A stretch of 64,000 bases of DNA from an uncultured bacterium. Its GTDB lineage: Bacteria; Oederibacteriota; PGYV01; CAWJRG01. A model generated the notes under the pieces. It saw nothing but the letters and a program-made list of their open reading frames with translations, was not told the origin of the DNA and made no database searches. Below are positions 47,241-60,400 of this stretch, piece after piece (position 1 is the first letter of the stretch; each line of letters begins with the position of its first letter). The stretch lies in the NCBI GenBank assembly GCA_963845185.1, contig CAWJRG010000011.1:110403-174402 (forward strand), written 5' to 3'. The translations under genes and the position numbers were made by a program.

Positions 47241-49595
47241 TCACGAATAAAACTTTTCATCCCTCGATACTATATCAGGGTTGTTGACGTCGCCCTCTAA
47301 TGTTATCCTGAGCCGTTTCTTGTCTTTCTTGTCTTCTACAGCAGGCGTTTCTTTCTTGATTTTTTCTTCCTTTTCCTCGTTTTTTAATATGGCAGAAAAT
47401 ATATTTACTATCTTTGCGTCAAACTGGGTCCCTGCAAATTTCTCAAGTTCTTTTATGCTTTCCTGTATGCTCATGGCAGCCCTGTAAGGCCTGTTGGAAG
47501 TCATTGTCGAGTAAGCGTCGGCTATGCTTATTATCCTCGCGCCCAGAGGTATCTCGTCCCCGCGCAGGCCTCCGGGATAGCCCGAGCCGTTGACCCACTC
47601 GTGGTGGCCCACGACCAGCGGCACGAGCTTTTTCAGCGATTCTATTTTTGATATTATATTCGCGCCCATCTGGGGGTGCATTTTCACCACGGCGTATTCT
47701 TCTTTGGTGAGTTTTGACGGCTTGTTTATTATATTTTCGCTTATGCCTATTTTGCCTATGTCGTGCAGCAGCGCCGCGTATTTGATATTCTCAATTTCTT
47801 CCGCCGGGAGTTTCATGGCCTCTGCCATCTTCGTGGAATATTTCATGACCGTTGTGGAATGCCCGTGGGTATAATGGTCCTTTGCGTCGACTGCCGCGGC
47901 AAGGGCGTATATGGTGTTTAGATAGTCCTCCTTGACGTCCTCGTATAAATTTACTATCTCTATCGAGCCTCCTATGTGGCTGGCAAGCACGGTCAATAGG
48001 TACAGGTCGTCCCTTTTATATTCGCCTTTTGATTTTGTCACGCATATCACGCCCATAACTTTGCCTTTCTGGTAAATTGGCGATACTATCCCGATTTTTT
48101 TAAGGTACATATTATCGGTGTCCGCATTGTAAAACCTCAATTTCGATGAATCCTTTATGAAAAGGTTCCTGTTGTTTTTATACACCCAACCGGCTATGCT
48201 GTTTTCCGCGACCTGTTTGTTGATGACATCGTCGCTTATCCCGTACTGGGCTTTTATCCGCAGCGCGTTCTTCTTGTCGACAAGCATTACGACTCCTGCC
48301 GAGGACATAAAAAGTTTTCTGATGCTCTCGGAAAGGGAGTTCCTTATTATTTCATCCATGTTGAGGGACGAGCCTATATTCAGCGTTACCTTCATGAGTT
48401 TTTCCATGCCGTCCGCTTTGCCTTTCATGTCATCGTACATGAGCCTGTTATGCAGTAACACGCCTATCTGTTCGCCCAGGATTTCAATCAATTCCATGTC
48501 GTTTTTATTGTAAATACTGACTTCCTTGTTGAATACGATTATAAGCCCCGATGTCTTCCCTTCCGAAACCAGGGGCGCGGCTATGCAGGAGCCGTCTTTT
48601 ATTATCTCCTTCAGTATCGGGTCCTTTTCCCCTGACGTTTCCCTGAAAAACATCGTCTTCTTCTTTTTCAGTATGTCGTTGAATTCCGAATCCTGGTTAA
48701 TCGTCCACTCATACCTGCCGCTTACCGCGTCCTGTCCTATGATATTTTTATAAACCTCCACCTTCAGGTTGCTCCTGCCTGAAGTAGTTGACAGTATTAT
48801 GCCGCCCGTGCCTTTCATGAGCGGCACTATTATGCCGAGCGCCATGTTCAGCAATTCTTCCCTTGTGTTCGCATCGTCTGCCGTCTTGTATATTTCATGC
48901 ACGGCAAGAAGGCTGATATTTTTTTTGACAAGCACCAGGTTTGTGTTCGCAAGGCTTGATGTTGCCCTCTTCACTTTTTCCTCAAGGTCAATGTTTATTT
49001 TTTTTACCGTGTCCAGCAACTCTTCTTTTTCCGCGTTTATCTTCCTGATATCTTCATAATGCCCTGCCATCCGCTTCGCCGCCTGATTGCCGGTATACCC
49101 CACAAACGCCAGCAAAAAAAACTGCACCAGGTAAGTATAAATTTCCGAGCTGAAAATACGCCCGTTGCTCGTAATAAGGTACATGGTCATGTAGCAGACG
49201 CCGATTATTACAGTAAGGTAATAATAGACATACTCGATCAATACGTCAAAAATGCTGGAAAGCACTATCAAAAAGTAGATAAAAACAAGCGGGCTGCTTG
49301 ATTTGCCCGTATAATAAATCCCGACAGTCGTAATAATGATGTCTATAGCGCCCGAGGCATAATATAAAGGAACAAAAACTTTCGGGTTCTTGATTAAAAA
49401 AATATAGGCAATGTTTGAAGCTACCAGGAGGGAATATAAAATTATTATCGGCACCGTGCTTAACTGCGGGTTCCGGTTGAAATAAATGATTACAATGGGC
49501 AGTACCAGGACGGCCACTACCCACCTTAACATTATATCCCTGATAAGGGATTTTTTTATTGTCGCGTTTCTTTCTTCCAGCTGGTTGCTGTCCAT
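47241..49595 (-). CDS. Membrane-bound HD-GYP c-di-GMP phosphodiesterase with two GAF domains
   Basis: N-terminal TMs, two GAF-like segments, DHYTHGHS, LLHDIGK, HHEWVNGSGYP, ADAY..M...RPYR. Confidence 0.92.
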   Translation of the reverse strand: MDSNQLEERNATIKKSLIRDIMLRWVVAVLVLPIVIIYFNRNPQLSTVPIIILYSLLVASNIAYIFLIKNPKVFVPLYYASGAIDIIITTVGIYYTGKSSSPLVFIYFLIVLSSIFDVLIEYVYYYLTVIIGVCYMTMYLITSNGRIFSSEIYTYLVQFFLLAFVGYTGNQAAKRMAGHYEDIRKINAEKEELLDTVKKINIDLEEKVKRATSSLANTNLVLVKKNISLLAVHEIYKTADDANTREELLNMALGIIVPLMKGTGGIILSTTSGRSNLKVEVYKNIIGQDAVSGRYEWTINQDSEFNDILKKKKTMFFRETSGEKDPILKEIIKDGSCIAAPLVSEGKTSGLIIVFNKEVSIYNKNDMELIEILGEQIGVLLHNRLMYDDMKGKADGMEKLMKVTLNIGSSLNMDEIIRNSLSESIRKLFMSSAGVVMLVDKKNALRIKAQYGISDDVINKQVAENSIAGWVYKNNRNLFIKDSSKLRFYNADTDNMYLKKIGIVSPIYQKGKVMGVICVTKSKGEYKRDDLYLLTVLASHIGGSIEIVNLYEDVKEDYLNTIYALAAAVDAKDHYTHGHSTTVMKYSTKMAEAMKLPAEEIENIKYAALLHDIGKIGISENIINKPSKLTKEEYAVVKMHPQMGANIISKIESLKKLVPLVVGHHEWVNGSGYPGGLRGDEIPLGARIISIADAYSTMTSNRPYRAAMSIQESIKELEKFAGTQFDAKIVNIFSAILKNEEKEEKIKKETPAVEDKKDKKRLRITLEGDVNNPDIVSRDEKFYS

Positions 49596-49693
49596 TTGCC
49601 CGTCCTTATAGGTAAATTTTACACCATAAATAGAGAAAAATATATCCTATATCCCTTTTTGCGTTTCGATTCTTCTTTTCTTAACGTGCCTAA

Positions 49694-51292
49694 TTAATAA
49701 TATTCGTTGTTGGCTGACACGACTTTGCCGGACACAACCTCGGAAAAATCGCTTTCAATGCCGTCTTTATTTACGGTTGTTACCATAAAATAATATGTGA
49801 CCGAAGCGTTCAGCCCGGCAAGCGTGGCTTTATTTTCCCTTAGCAGTTCTTTGTTGAGCTTCCTGAACTTAATATCGCCTTCCTTTTTATAATACAGGTT
49901 AAAGCCTGTTATTGTCGGGTCTGTCGTGGAATCCCATGTTATTATTATTGTTTCTTTGTCTACTCTTGCGGTTACGCCCTGCGGCTTTGCGGGCTTCTTT
50001 GCAATGTATTTCTGCGGCGTAGCGGCTATTTCCTCGGAATATATGCTTTCAAGGTTCCTGTTGTTGATTGCGGTCACTACGAAATAATATGTTTGGCCGT
50101 TGTTGAGTGTCGCGCTGTATTTTGTCTCTTCCATTACCGGCTTGTCGTTTAGTTTCTTGAATTTTTCGTCTTTTGAAGCCCTTGAATAAATATTATACCC
50201 TATTATATTCGCCTCCGGGTTCGGCTCCCAGCCCAAAAGCACTATCCTGTCGCCTGAAGCAGCCGTCACTTTCTGCGGCGGCTGAGGGCCGCCAATGACC
50301 GGCCTCGGCACGTTTTGCCCGAATTTGCCCGTGAGGGACACGCGGTGGGTCCCGCCGAGCTCCTTGTTCGGCATGTAAGCGTAATCTGCGCTCGCGTACC
50401 CGCCTATGTCAAACCCGCCCCCGACCGTAAATGTATAATCCGGGTCCCCGAACATATACCCTCCCCTTACCAGGAAAATATTGGCTATGTTCATTTCCGC
50501 GCCCAGGTCAAAAAGCACCTGGTTGAAATTCACGTTTGTCAAGTCTATGGGTTTCAGCAAATCGCCGCTGATAAGCAGGTAAAAATCGCTCCCCTGTTTG
50601 TATTTGTAACTCATGCCTGTCCTTATGTCAAACGGGCTCTGGTCTTCGCCCGCGGCAGTCCCTATATTCTGGAAAACCAACCCGAACTTAAGCTCCTCGG
50701 TTATATTGGCCATCAACCCGAGGTCAAGGTCAAACGTTTGCGGCATCTGCACGCCTATTATTGACCTGCTTATATAAGTGGCGTTCCCGCCGATAGATAT
50801 ATTGCCTATTGTGAAATCTTTTGTGTATAAATTACCCAGGTCCTTCGCGTACGATACGGTAAATGCCATGTCGTAGGACTGCTGTGTGCCTGAAGAAAGG
50901 AATACTCCGCTGGCGCTGCCTGTGCTGTTGAACCCGGGCATCCATAAATAATTCATGCAAAGGCCAATATCAGTCATGCTGTCTATCGGCATAACTGCCG
51001 CAAAATACTCGTAATAAGTGTCGTCAAACCACATGAGATGCATGCCTGTCGCGCTTATCTGGTCAACGGCTGTAAGCCCGGCCGGGTTCCAGAAAGCCGC
51101 GTCGCTGTCGTCAGCTACTGCCGTGTATGCCTCGCCCATGGCAGACGGCCTTGCGCCCACGCCTATCTTGAGAAAATCGGCGTTTGATGTGCCTCCGCCA
51201 AGCGCAAAAATATCCGCGGCCAGCAGCAGGCCTGCTGCCATAATTACCGCTCCTCTAAAAGCTTTAATAAACTTTCCTTTCATTCCTTTCAC
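49694..51292 (-). CDS. PorV/PorQ-family (UPF0164) beta-barrel protein fused to two fibronectin type III domains
   Basis: FLKIGVGARPSAMGEAYTAVADD..A.FWNPAGL, LGGTHRVSL; two FN3 repeats (W.P....I.GYN.Y, YYF.VT..N....ES..S). Confidence 0.85.
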   Translation of the reverse strand: MKGMKGKFIKAFRGAVIMAAGLLLAADIFALGGGTSNADFLKIGVGARPSAMGEAYTAVADDSDAAFWNPAGLTAVDQISATGMHLMWFDDTYYEYFAAVMPIDSMTDIGLCMNYLWMPGFNSTGSASGVFLSSGTQQSYDMAFTVSYAKDLGNLYTKDFTIGNISIGGNATYISRSIIGVQMPQTFDLDLGLMANITEELKFGLVFQNIGTAAGEDQSPFDIRTGMSYKYKQGSDFYLLISGDLLKPIDLTNVNFNQVLFDLGAEMNIANIFLVRGGYMFGDPDYTFTVGGGFDIGGYASADYAYMPNKELGGTHRVSLTGKFGQNVPRPVIGGPQPPQKVTAASGDRIVLLGWEPNPEANIIGYNIYSRASKDEKFKKLNDKPVMEETKYSATLNNGQTYYFVVTAINNRNLESIYSEEIAATPQKYIAKKPAKPQGVTARVDKETIIITWDSTTDPTITGFNLYYKKEGDIKFRKLNKELLRENKATLAGLNASVTYYFMVTTVNKDGIESDFSEVVSGKVVSANNEYY

Positions 51293-51305
51293 CTCAAGTA
51301 AAAAA

Positions 51306-51395
51306 CTTCACCCTCTCTCTTTCCTCTCCCCCGTCAAGGGGGAAAAAATCCCAATCATATCCCTCTCCACCTGCGGGAGAGGGACAGGGTGAGGG
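51306..51395. repeat. Palindromic intergenic repeat of the CCCTCACCC/CCCTCTCC type
   Basis: cttcaccct...agggtgaggg termini with inner tcccc..gggga and ccctctcc..ggagaggg hairpins. Confidence 0.75.
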
Positions 51396-51406
51396 TATTC
51401 CCTTAA

Positions 51407-54400
51407 TTATTGCTTTATCACTGCCACTTTCTTTATCTGCGAATAGCCACCGGCAGTAAGTTTTATATAGTATATGCCGTTTGTTACGACCATGCCGTCA
51501 TCTGCCTTGCCGTCCCATATGGCAAGCTGCGTATATAGCACTCCTGCGGTCACAGGCCCCAGGTTCATTGTCCTTATCCTGTGCCCTGAGATGTCAAATA
51601 CCATGACAGACGAGCTTGAGGCATTACTTGCCACGCTGAATACTATGGTGACTGTCTGGCCCTTATTCGGGTTAATGCTGTTAGTGCTCAAATACATGTC
51701 GTTCTGTATCGCAGTCGGCTGGCCGAATTGTATGGAAACAGTATTTGACGCTGTCAATAATGTCTGGGTACTTACTGTGTTAAGGGATACGGAATCAATA
51801 TAACTGAACGCGAGCCCGCGGTTAAACTCTATAGTGCCTCCTGTAACAGCCGTGTAAACCCATGTAAATGCTGCTGAAGCTCCAGGCGCCAGGCCAATGT
51901 TATCCGCGCTTGTTTCTGTCACAAATGTCGCGACACCCGGGCCTGTTGTTGTCGGCGTTACGGCATCCGGGTTCACGTTAAACGCCGCGGTCTGGCCTAT
52001 GTTGGATACTGTCATAATAACGGTTATCATTTGCGTCAGTGCCACGCTGGGAGGCGAAGCAACAATGTTTATCGTGAATGACGCGCCCGACGGGGCTATT
52101 GTCAGATTATTATTTGCAGAAACAGGGACAATGGTTGACGTTCCGTTATTTGTGCCTGATGCCGAAGCGCTGAAATTCACAACTCCCGGGGTATTGGAAG
52201 CAGTATATGTCCACGTGAACGACGCTGTTCCGTTGACAGGTATCAGGGCTATGTTCGCCGGTGATACCGCGTTTACCGGGTTCACAATGTTCGGCGCTAT
52301 TACCATTGCATTTGGCGTCACGTCAGTCGCTGCCACGAGGCCTATATTGGTCATGTTAAGCACTACAGTTAATGCCTGGCCAAGCGGCACAGGTGTTACC
52401 GGCGTGTAGAACACAACCTGGCTCTGCAAATTTGCCGATGGTTCCGTGATAGTAAGCAGCGCGTTCGTTGCTGCAGAACCAACCACTGCGCCTGTATTCG
52501 CGTCTGTTCCCTGGGCAGATGAGTCAAAAGTTACCTGTCCTATGCCGCTGCATGAATAGGTCCAGATAAAGGTTGCCGAACCGTTCCCATTAATATTTTT
52601 CGCTACAGGAGTTACCATTGGTATAACGAGCCCGCCGTTGGTTAATGTCATGGACGGCGTCACGTTATCTGCGGTCGCTCCTCCGCTGTTTGTCACGGAT
52701 AATACCACGCTGACTACCTGCGTCTGGGATATTGTATTTGCCGGTATTGTGAATACTGTTGATACGAGGGCCGCCGGCGTTTGTACAGAAATATTCGAAG
52801 TTACAGAAGTAGAGTTAACTGCAAGCCCTGAATTGGCGTCAGTGCCCTGCGCCGAGGCAGTCAGGCTGAATACGCCGGCTGATTGTCCAGTATAAACCCA
52901 GACAAAGGTTGCTGTATTATGCCCTGCAAGGTTTGCGTAATTTGCAGGCGTTGGCCCGCTGACAAGGGTAGCATTCGCGCTTGCCGCAAATACAGGCACC
53001 AGGGTGTTTACCGCTGCGTCGCCTGTATTGCTGACTGTCAATGTTATGGTGAAATTGCTGCCTATGTCAACCTGCGCCGGGACTCCTGCTATTGTATTAG
53101 TCAGGCCTGCAGCCTTTTGTATTGTGACCGGTGCTGAAAGCTCAGATATAGACTGTATGTTGCCTCTTATCGGGTCTTGCCCGGTCGCGTAAGTGCTGAA
53201 AGTCACTGTGCCCGCGTTGTTTGTAGAATAAGTCCATTGATATGTTACGGCAGTCCCGGTAGTAAGCGTTACCGGCTGGGCCTGCAAAGGAACTGTTGTC
53301 GGGGCCGACAATGATCCAGCCGGTCCGTTAACCTTTAAAGCAAATGGAATGACATTGTAAGCGGTGGTGCCTGCCACGCCTGTCTGGGTTATTGTCATTG
53401 TTATTATTATCTGCTCGCCTGTAGATACAGTAGCCGGCAATGCCGAAATATTGGCTGAAAGCGCTGCAGAAGACTGTATCGTAATTGTAGCCCCTGTTAC
53501 CGTTGTCATGAGCGGCCACGAGGCGTTCGCGTCCAGGCCGTCAGCAGACGAACTGAAGCTGACCATGCCGCTGCCCGAGGCTGTATAAATCCATGTGAAC
53601 GAGCCGGTCGAATTCGGCTGTATTGTTATCGGGGCCGGCCATGGCGATGCAAGCGCAGCCACCGGCGGTATTGCGCCCATAGAATTGGTCTGCATGGCTG
53701 TAGGGCTCACGCCGACTGCAGCCACTGCGCCCGTGTTTGTCACGACAAGTATTACCTGGAAAGCGTCGCCCGAGAAAGCAGTTGCCGGCACTATTGACAT
53801 CTGCGAGGCAAGGCTTGCCGCTGACTTTACCGTTATGCCGCCCATGCTTCCCGTCAGCGAGTAAATTGTATTTCCCGAATTTACGTCAAGGCCCTGTACC
53901 CATCCCTGCAAGGTGATATTGCCGATGCTCGTGGATGAATATGTCCATGTAAATGTGTCTGTGGCCCCTCCGGGCATATTGACAGGCGTCGGCGCGCTGA
54001 TTACTTCCAGGCTGCCGCTGCCTGTGGCTGACAGCGTCGCCATGACATTATTGACCGTGCCCTGGCCGCTGTTTGTAATTGTCATTGTCACTGTAAAGAG
54101 CTGTCCCTGGAATATGGGCACAGGCGTTAGCTGCACCATAAGCAGGCTCAGATTGGACGGAGACACAATTTGCGGCAATCCAAGCGTTGCCGGTTGCTCT
54201 ATGTTAATGAAATTGGTGGTGGTATTAACTGATGACACAGCCGCACCTGTATTCACGTCATAGCCGGTTGCGTTTCCCTGCCATGCGAGCGGCCCGGTGC
54301 CGTTTGCCGTGACTACCCATGTGAAATTCTGCGACCCGCCCGGCAATATCGTGACATTGACCGGCACATGTATCGGGTTGTCCGGCGTGGAGCCTCCTGT

Positions 54401-57400
54401 CCCGATTTTTACAAGCTGGTTCGGGTTGACCGTGACAGCTGACGCGCCGCCTGTATTTGTAACTGTCATAATCAGTGTTATGGCCTGGTTCAGGTTTACG
54501 ACCAGGGGCATTACAGTCAGGTTCGACGCAAGAGTCGCCGGCGCCTGTATTGCAACATTGTTTGATGTGCTTGGCACCGATATCTCAGCCCCTCCGTAGA
54601 AAGGCCCAGTATCAGTGCCTGTCGCAGAGCCGCTGTAACTTACTATTCCAGGCGTCGTTGCGTTTGCGCTGTATATCCATGTAAATTCAGCTGACTGGTT
54701 AATATTCAAAGTAACAGCAGTAGTTGGCGGAGTGATAACCGTACTAAGCGGCGGGCCTGCAGGAGTGTCGTTCTGCAGCAGCGGCAAAGCCGGCAGCACA
54801 TTATTTGCCGCATATAAGCCGGTGTTGGTAACACTCATGTAAACCGTAAACATCTCTCCGTAGCCTACTGTAAGAGGCGCTGCAGACAGGCTTGCGGTTA
54901 ATATTGCCTGCGCCGCTATAATGCTGACCTGCACGGTATTCGTAACCCCTGTGGTAATTGCGCCTGTTGTATTGCTGTCAATGGCGTTCGCAGAGCCCGA
55001 GAACCATACATTGCCTGCCGCAGTGGCAGAATAAGTCCATGTAAATGTGACTGCAGCTCCGGGATTTAATGACCCTACGGCTGCAGGCAGGGGCCCTGTG
55101 GTCAAAATTGCGTTGCCTGTTCCGGAGTTTACGACCGTAAGCGCTGAAGGAATAATTGACTGCGCCAGTGCCCCGCCGGAATTTGATACGGTCATAAATA
55201 TTGTTATCATCTGGGTTGTCGCAACCGTAGGCGGATAAGGTGTCATCGCTGTCACCAGCAGAGCTGGCTGGACCTGCAAGGCCGTGCTGTTATTTGCCAG
55301 GCTCATTGACGATGAGACCGCGAGACCGCTGTTATTGTCAATGCCTGTGGCATCGCCGCTGAACGTCAGGTTGCCTGTGCCAAACCCGCTGAATGTCCAT
55401 GTGAATGTATATGAAGTGCCGCCGGGTATCGCTATCGGAGCAGGCGCTGTGACCGGCATTACGCCTGTGCCTGCCGTGCCTGTAACGAACAGGGCCGGGC
55501 TTACGCCGTTTGCAGTGGCGCCTCCCGTGTTCTGCACAAGCATTGTTATTGTGAATACCTGCGTATTAGTGTCAACTGATACCGGCGAAGTTATGCTTGA
55601 CGTAAGGGCTGCAGCTGTCTGTACCTGCACTATGCCGGAAGTAACCGGCACAGTATATTGCTGACCATAGGTTAGGTCCGCATATGCGGCATTCGCGCTG
55701 AAACTCATAGAACCCACGCTTGAAGCCGTATAAATCCATGTAAACGTCGCAGTCCCTGTACCTGCCGCCAGCGGAGCCGAAGGAGCAGGTGCACTAACCA
55801 GGTTAAATGTAACGCCTCCAAAAGTATTCACTCCCACACTAGGCGTTACATTGCCGTCTGTTATCGCCGTACCGTTGTTTGTCACTGTTAATGCTACGGT
55901 TATAAATTGAAGCGTGGATACTGTGGCAGGCAAGGCTGTTATGCTGCTTACCAGGAATGCAGAGTTATTAATCGATACCTGGTTTGAATTAATTGCCGTG
56001 GAAGTTGTATTTATACCCGTGTTGACATTCAGCCCGTAGGCAAAGCCTGAAAATTGTATCTGGCCCTGCGCTGTGGAATTATATACCCATGTAAATTCCC
56101 CGCTTGCGCCGCCTGCCAGATCACCCAGCGTAGCAGGATTCGGGCCTGAAGAAAGCACGGCATTTCCGCCGCCAGTGCTGACTAATGTCAGCGCCGACGT
56201 CAACACGCCGCCCGTGGTTTCCTGTCCCGAGTTTGTAACTGTCATGTAAACCGTTATTGACTGTCCTGTTTTTACGGATGAAGGTATTGCGTTTATAGCT
56301 ATATTAAGCTGGGCAGGTATCTGTATGTTTACATAATTGCTGTCGTTCACCTGCGAATTTACAGCAAGCAGGCTGTTCTGGTCCGTGCCCGAACAATTAC
56401 CTTCCAGCGCCACCGACCCCTGGCCTGATGCCGAGTAAGTCCATGTAAAATAAGCTGTTGAATTTCCTGGTATATTCTGCTGCGCAGGCGCCGGGCCTAG
56501 CGGGAACATGCCGCCGGTGCCTATTAAAATCATATTGTTAGGCGACACGCCGACAGCCGTGGCCATGCCGTTATTGGTTACTGTCATAATAACCGTTATT
56601 GCCTGCCCCAGGTTTATGGTTGCTGCCTGTATGCTTATGGTGCTCGAGATCTGCGCCGGAGACTGGACAACAATGCTGTTTGATGTTGCTGTCACGCTGT
56701 TAAATACGGTTCCTGTGCTGGCATCAGTCCCCTGAGCCTGGCCGTAATAAGACAGGTTACCCCAGCCGGTAAGGTTATAAGTCCAAGTGAAATTCCCGGA
56801 ACCGCCTGCCGGTATGACCGTGTTCGCAGGGTTCGGGCCGTTTATAAGCTGCGCCGCTGCCGTGCCTATTCTCGTAAGCGCTGCAAGCGGATGCACGTTG
56901 TCAGCGTCTGTCTGGCCCGTGTTGCTTATGGTCATTACCACGGTTATGTTCTGGCCAACCGAATAAACCGCCGGCGGAATAAGTATCTGCATATTATTAT
57001 ATGAAAGCAGTGCTGGGTTATTGGATACAACGCTTGTTTGCGCAACATTGGACGCGACAACTCCGGTGAAAGCGTTTCCCTGGAACGTCACTGTAACATT
57101 TGCGGTTGTGGCATAAGTCCATGTAAAGTTGACAGTGTTGCCTGCTGTAATATTCTGCGCGGCAGGCAAGGGCCCTGTAATCAGGACCGCATCGGCCGGT
57201 AGAGGGCCTACAGTCAAAGCAGTCGTGCTCACGGTTAACGCGTCAACAAGCCCTACATTCTGCACACTCATTACTACTGTGAAAGTCTGGCCTACCTCCA
57301 CATTACCGGGGTTTGCCGTCATGTTAGCGACAAGCACAGGCAAATTGGACACCACATTTACAGTTGTTGTCGTGCCTATGGAGCTTACCGGCAAGAGTGA

Positions 57401-60400
57401 ATTCGCGTCAATGCCCTGCGCGTAACCTGTGAAGGTCAAGACTCCTGTCCCTGATGCCATGAATGTCCATGTAAACGACGCAGACCCGCCGTTGCCGGCT
57501 ATTACTGCGTTTGGCGGTTGCGGCCCTGTAATAGGCATAGGGGCAGGCACGCCTGTAGTGGTAAGTGATGGGGCAACCCCGCTTGCCGTTGCCTGGCCCA
57601 TGTTAACAACTTTCATTATCACTGTAACAGTATCCACGGTTTGTTTAATTGTCACAGGCGCCTCGCTTAAGGAAGCCGTGAGCTGCGGCGGTGTCTGGAT
57701 TAATATATTATTGCTGGACGCGCTTGCTGTAACAGTTACATTGCTGTTTACGTCATATCCCGTGACAAGCGACGCGAGGTTGATATTGCTGGTCGCGTTA
57801 TTTGCCAGATATGTGAATGTGAATACCTGCGACCCGCCGCCCGCTATCGTAGCTGAGTTGGGCGAAGGCCCTGTCTGTACCGTGACAAAACCGCCGCCGG
57901 CGCTCGGTGTTATTGGCGATACTCCAACAGCCTGTGCGCTGCCTGTGTCGGTCACTGTAACATAAACATTAATCAATTGCCCCACGCTTACCTGGGCCGG
58001 CACTCCGTTGATTGACATTGCAAGTCCTGCCGGGCTCTGGACCGTGACATTGTTGGTCCACATTGCCTGCGCGAATATTGTATTGCCCTGCGTATCGTCT
58101 ACTGCCGTAGCCGCGTTTGAGAACCAGACCGTGCCTGATGAAGTCGTGTTATAAACCCACTGGAATACCTGGCTGTTGCCCTGGTTTAAGGACGCAACTG
58201 ACGCAGGTGTCGGGCCTGAAACAAGGCTTGCCGGCCCGAATACTGTCATTGCAAGCGGCGCCACTAAATCCGCTTTGCCCGTGCCGTCGTTATTTACCGT
58301 CATGAGCACGGTTACGTTCTGGTTCGAGCTGACTGTTGCAGGCAATGCCGTAAATGACGATATTGTCAGGTGCGAGGACGGCACAATAGTTACGGTTGTG
58401 TTTACACTGACAGGTGTTATTGTTACCGGCAATCCGCTTACGGGGTCTGTAGCTGCCAGGGATGTCGTAAATGAAACCGGGCCGGTTGTGGTGCTTGCCG
58501 CGTATGTCCATGTCAGGCTTGTGGAAGCGCCTCCGCCAAGGCTGGCTATGGCTACCGGAGTAGTGTTAGGTGTAACCACACCGGTGCCGCCCAATACAAT
58601 TGGCTGCGGTGTAATATTTAACGCGGTTGACTGGCCGGCATTTGTAATATTCAATATTATGGTCAGGTTCGCTCCTGTGCCTACATTTAAAGCCGGTATG
58701 CTTGACAAAGATATGTTTAGGCTTGCCGGGGTGCTTATTGTAATGGCAGAACAGCTTGATCCAGGGCTGCTGACTGCTAATCCCGTATTCGCGTCTGTGC
58801 CTGAAGCGTTTCCGTTAAATACCAGCTGCCCTGTGCCGCTGGCGTTGTATGTCCATGTGAATACTGCCGAGCCTCCGCCAATTATTGTTGTCGGCGTAGG
58901 CGAGCTTACTGGTATTGCGCCGCCGCCGTCTGACTGGCCAAGCGCGCTTGGTAGTACTGCATTTACTGCAGCGCCGCCTGTATTTGTCACTACCATGTAA
59001 ATTGTCATTACCTGGTTTAAATCCACTGCTGACGGCCCGTATATGCTGCTTGCAAGGTTCGCAGGCGCCTGGATAGTTATATAATTACTGTTTGATGCTG
59101 TTGAATTTACCAATGCGTTATTATATACATTGTACCCTGCCACGCCATCATTTACCGCAAGTGTTCCTGCTCCTGTCGCGTTATATGTCCATGTATATGT
59201 CGCTGTCCCGCCGTTAGCAGCTATGTCCTGGCTCGCCGGGTTCGGTCCGTTTTGTGTGTAGCTGCCTGTCCCAAGCTTATTCAACGCCAGCGGCGCTACA
59301 TTTATCGCCTCGCTCTGCCCGCTGTTTGTCACGTTCATTATTATTGTTATCAGCTGGTTCACGCTTACTGTAGCAGGTATTATGTTTATATCCTGCGCTA
59401 ATACCGGCACTCCTACCACGGTCAATACATTCGCGTTGTTGCTGCTTATATTCGTCGATGTTGAAAGCCCGCTGCTCGCTGTATCGTTTATCGGCGCTGT
59501 CCCTGCGTTCGCGCTTGTGTATATCCATGTGAATTCCTTGTACCCGCCTATTGGCACATCTGTTGTCGTTGGCAATGGCCCGCTGTTCAGCGTGCTTCCA
59601 AGAACTGCTGCAAGCGCCCCCGGCGTTGTATTTGGCGCGTCAACCACTCCTACATTGCTTACTCCCATCACTACCGTGTATGCCTGCGGTATGCTTACTG
59701 TATTCGGCGTTACTATTATCCAGCTGTTCAATACAGGCGTGTTCGGCTGCACGTTCACCGTATTACTCGTTGACCCTGTGCTCGCCACCGCCAGCCCTGA
59801 ATTATTATCTGTCCCAGACGCGTTCCCGTTAAATGTTGATGCCCCTGTTGCTGTCGGGCTGTATTTCCACGTGAACTCTGCGCTTGTTCCTCCCGGTATG
59901 TTCTGCGATCCGCCTGGCCCTGTTATTAGCGTCTCATTTGCCGCCACCAATGCCGACGGCAATACATTATCCGCTGTCGCCTGCCCTGAGTTTGTCACTG
60001 TCATTATCACTGTTATTGTGAACCCTACCCCTACTATTGGCGGCGCCGCGCTTATGCTCGACGCCAGTGCCGCAGGCGCCTGGATTACTATATTATTAAC
60101 TGTTGCTATATTGCTCGTTATACCCAGCCCGGTGTTCACGTCTATCCCGTGCGCTGCGCTTGTCAGTGTCACAAGCCCTGCGCCTGTAGCGTTGAATGTC
60201 CACGTGAAATCATATGACCCGGCCGCCAATATGTTCTGGCTCGCCGGCGAACTCACTACTGCAACTGCTCCTGTCCCGCTGGATACTGTCGGCGTTACTG
60301 GCAATACCCCGTTCGCTACTGCCCCTCCTGTGTTTGTCACTGCCATTATTACTGTTATTAATTGCCCTGCACTCACCTGCATCGGCATTGCTGTCATTGC

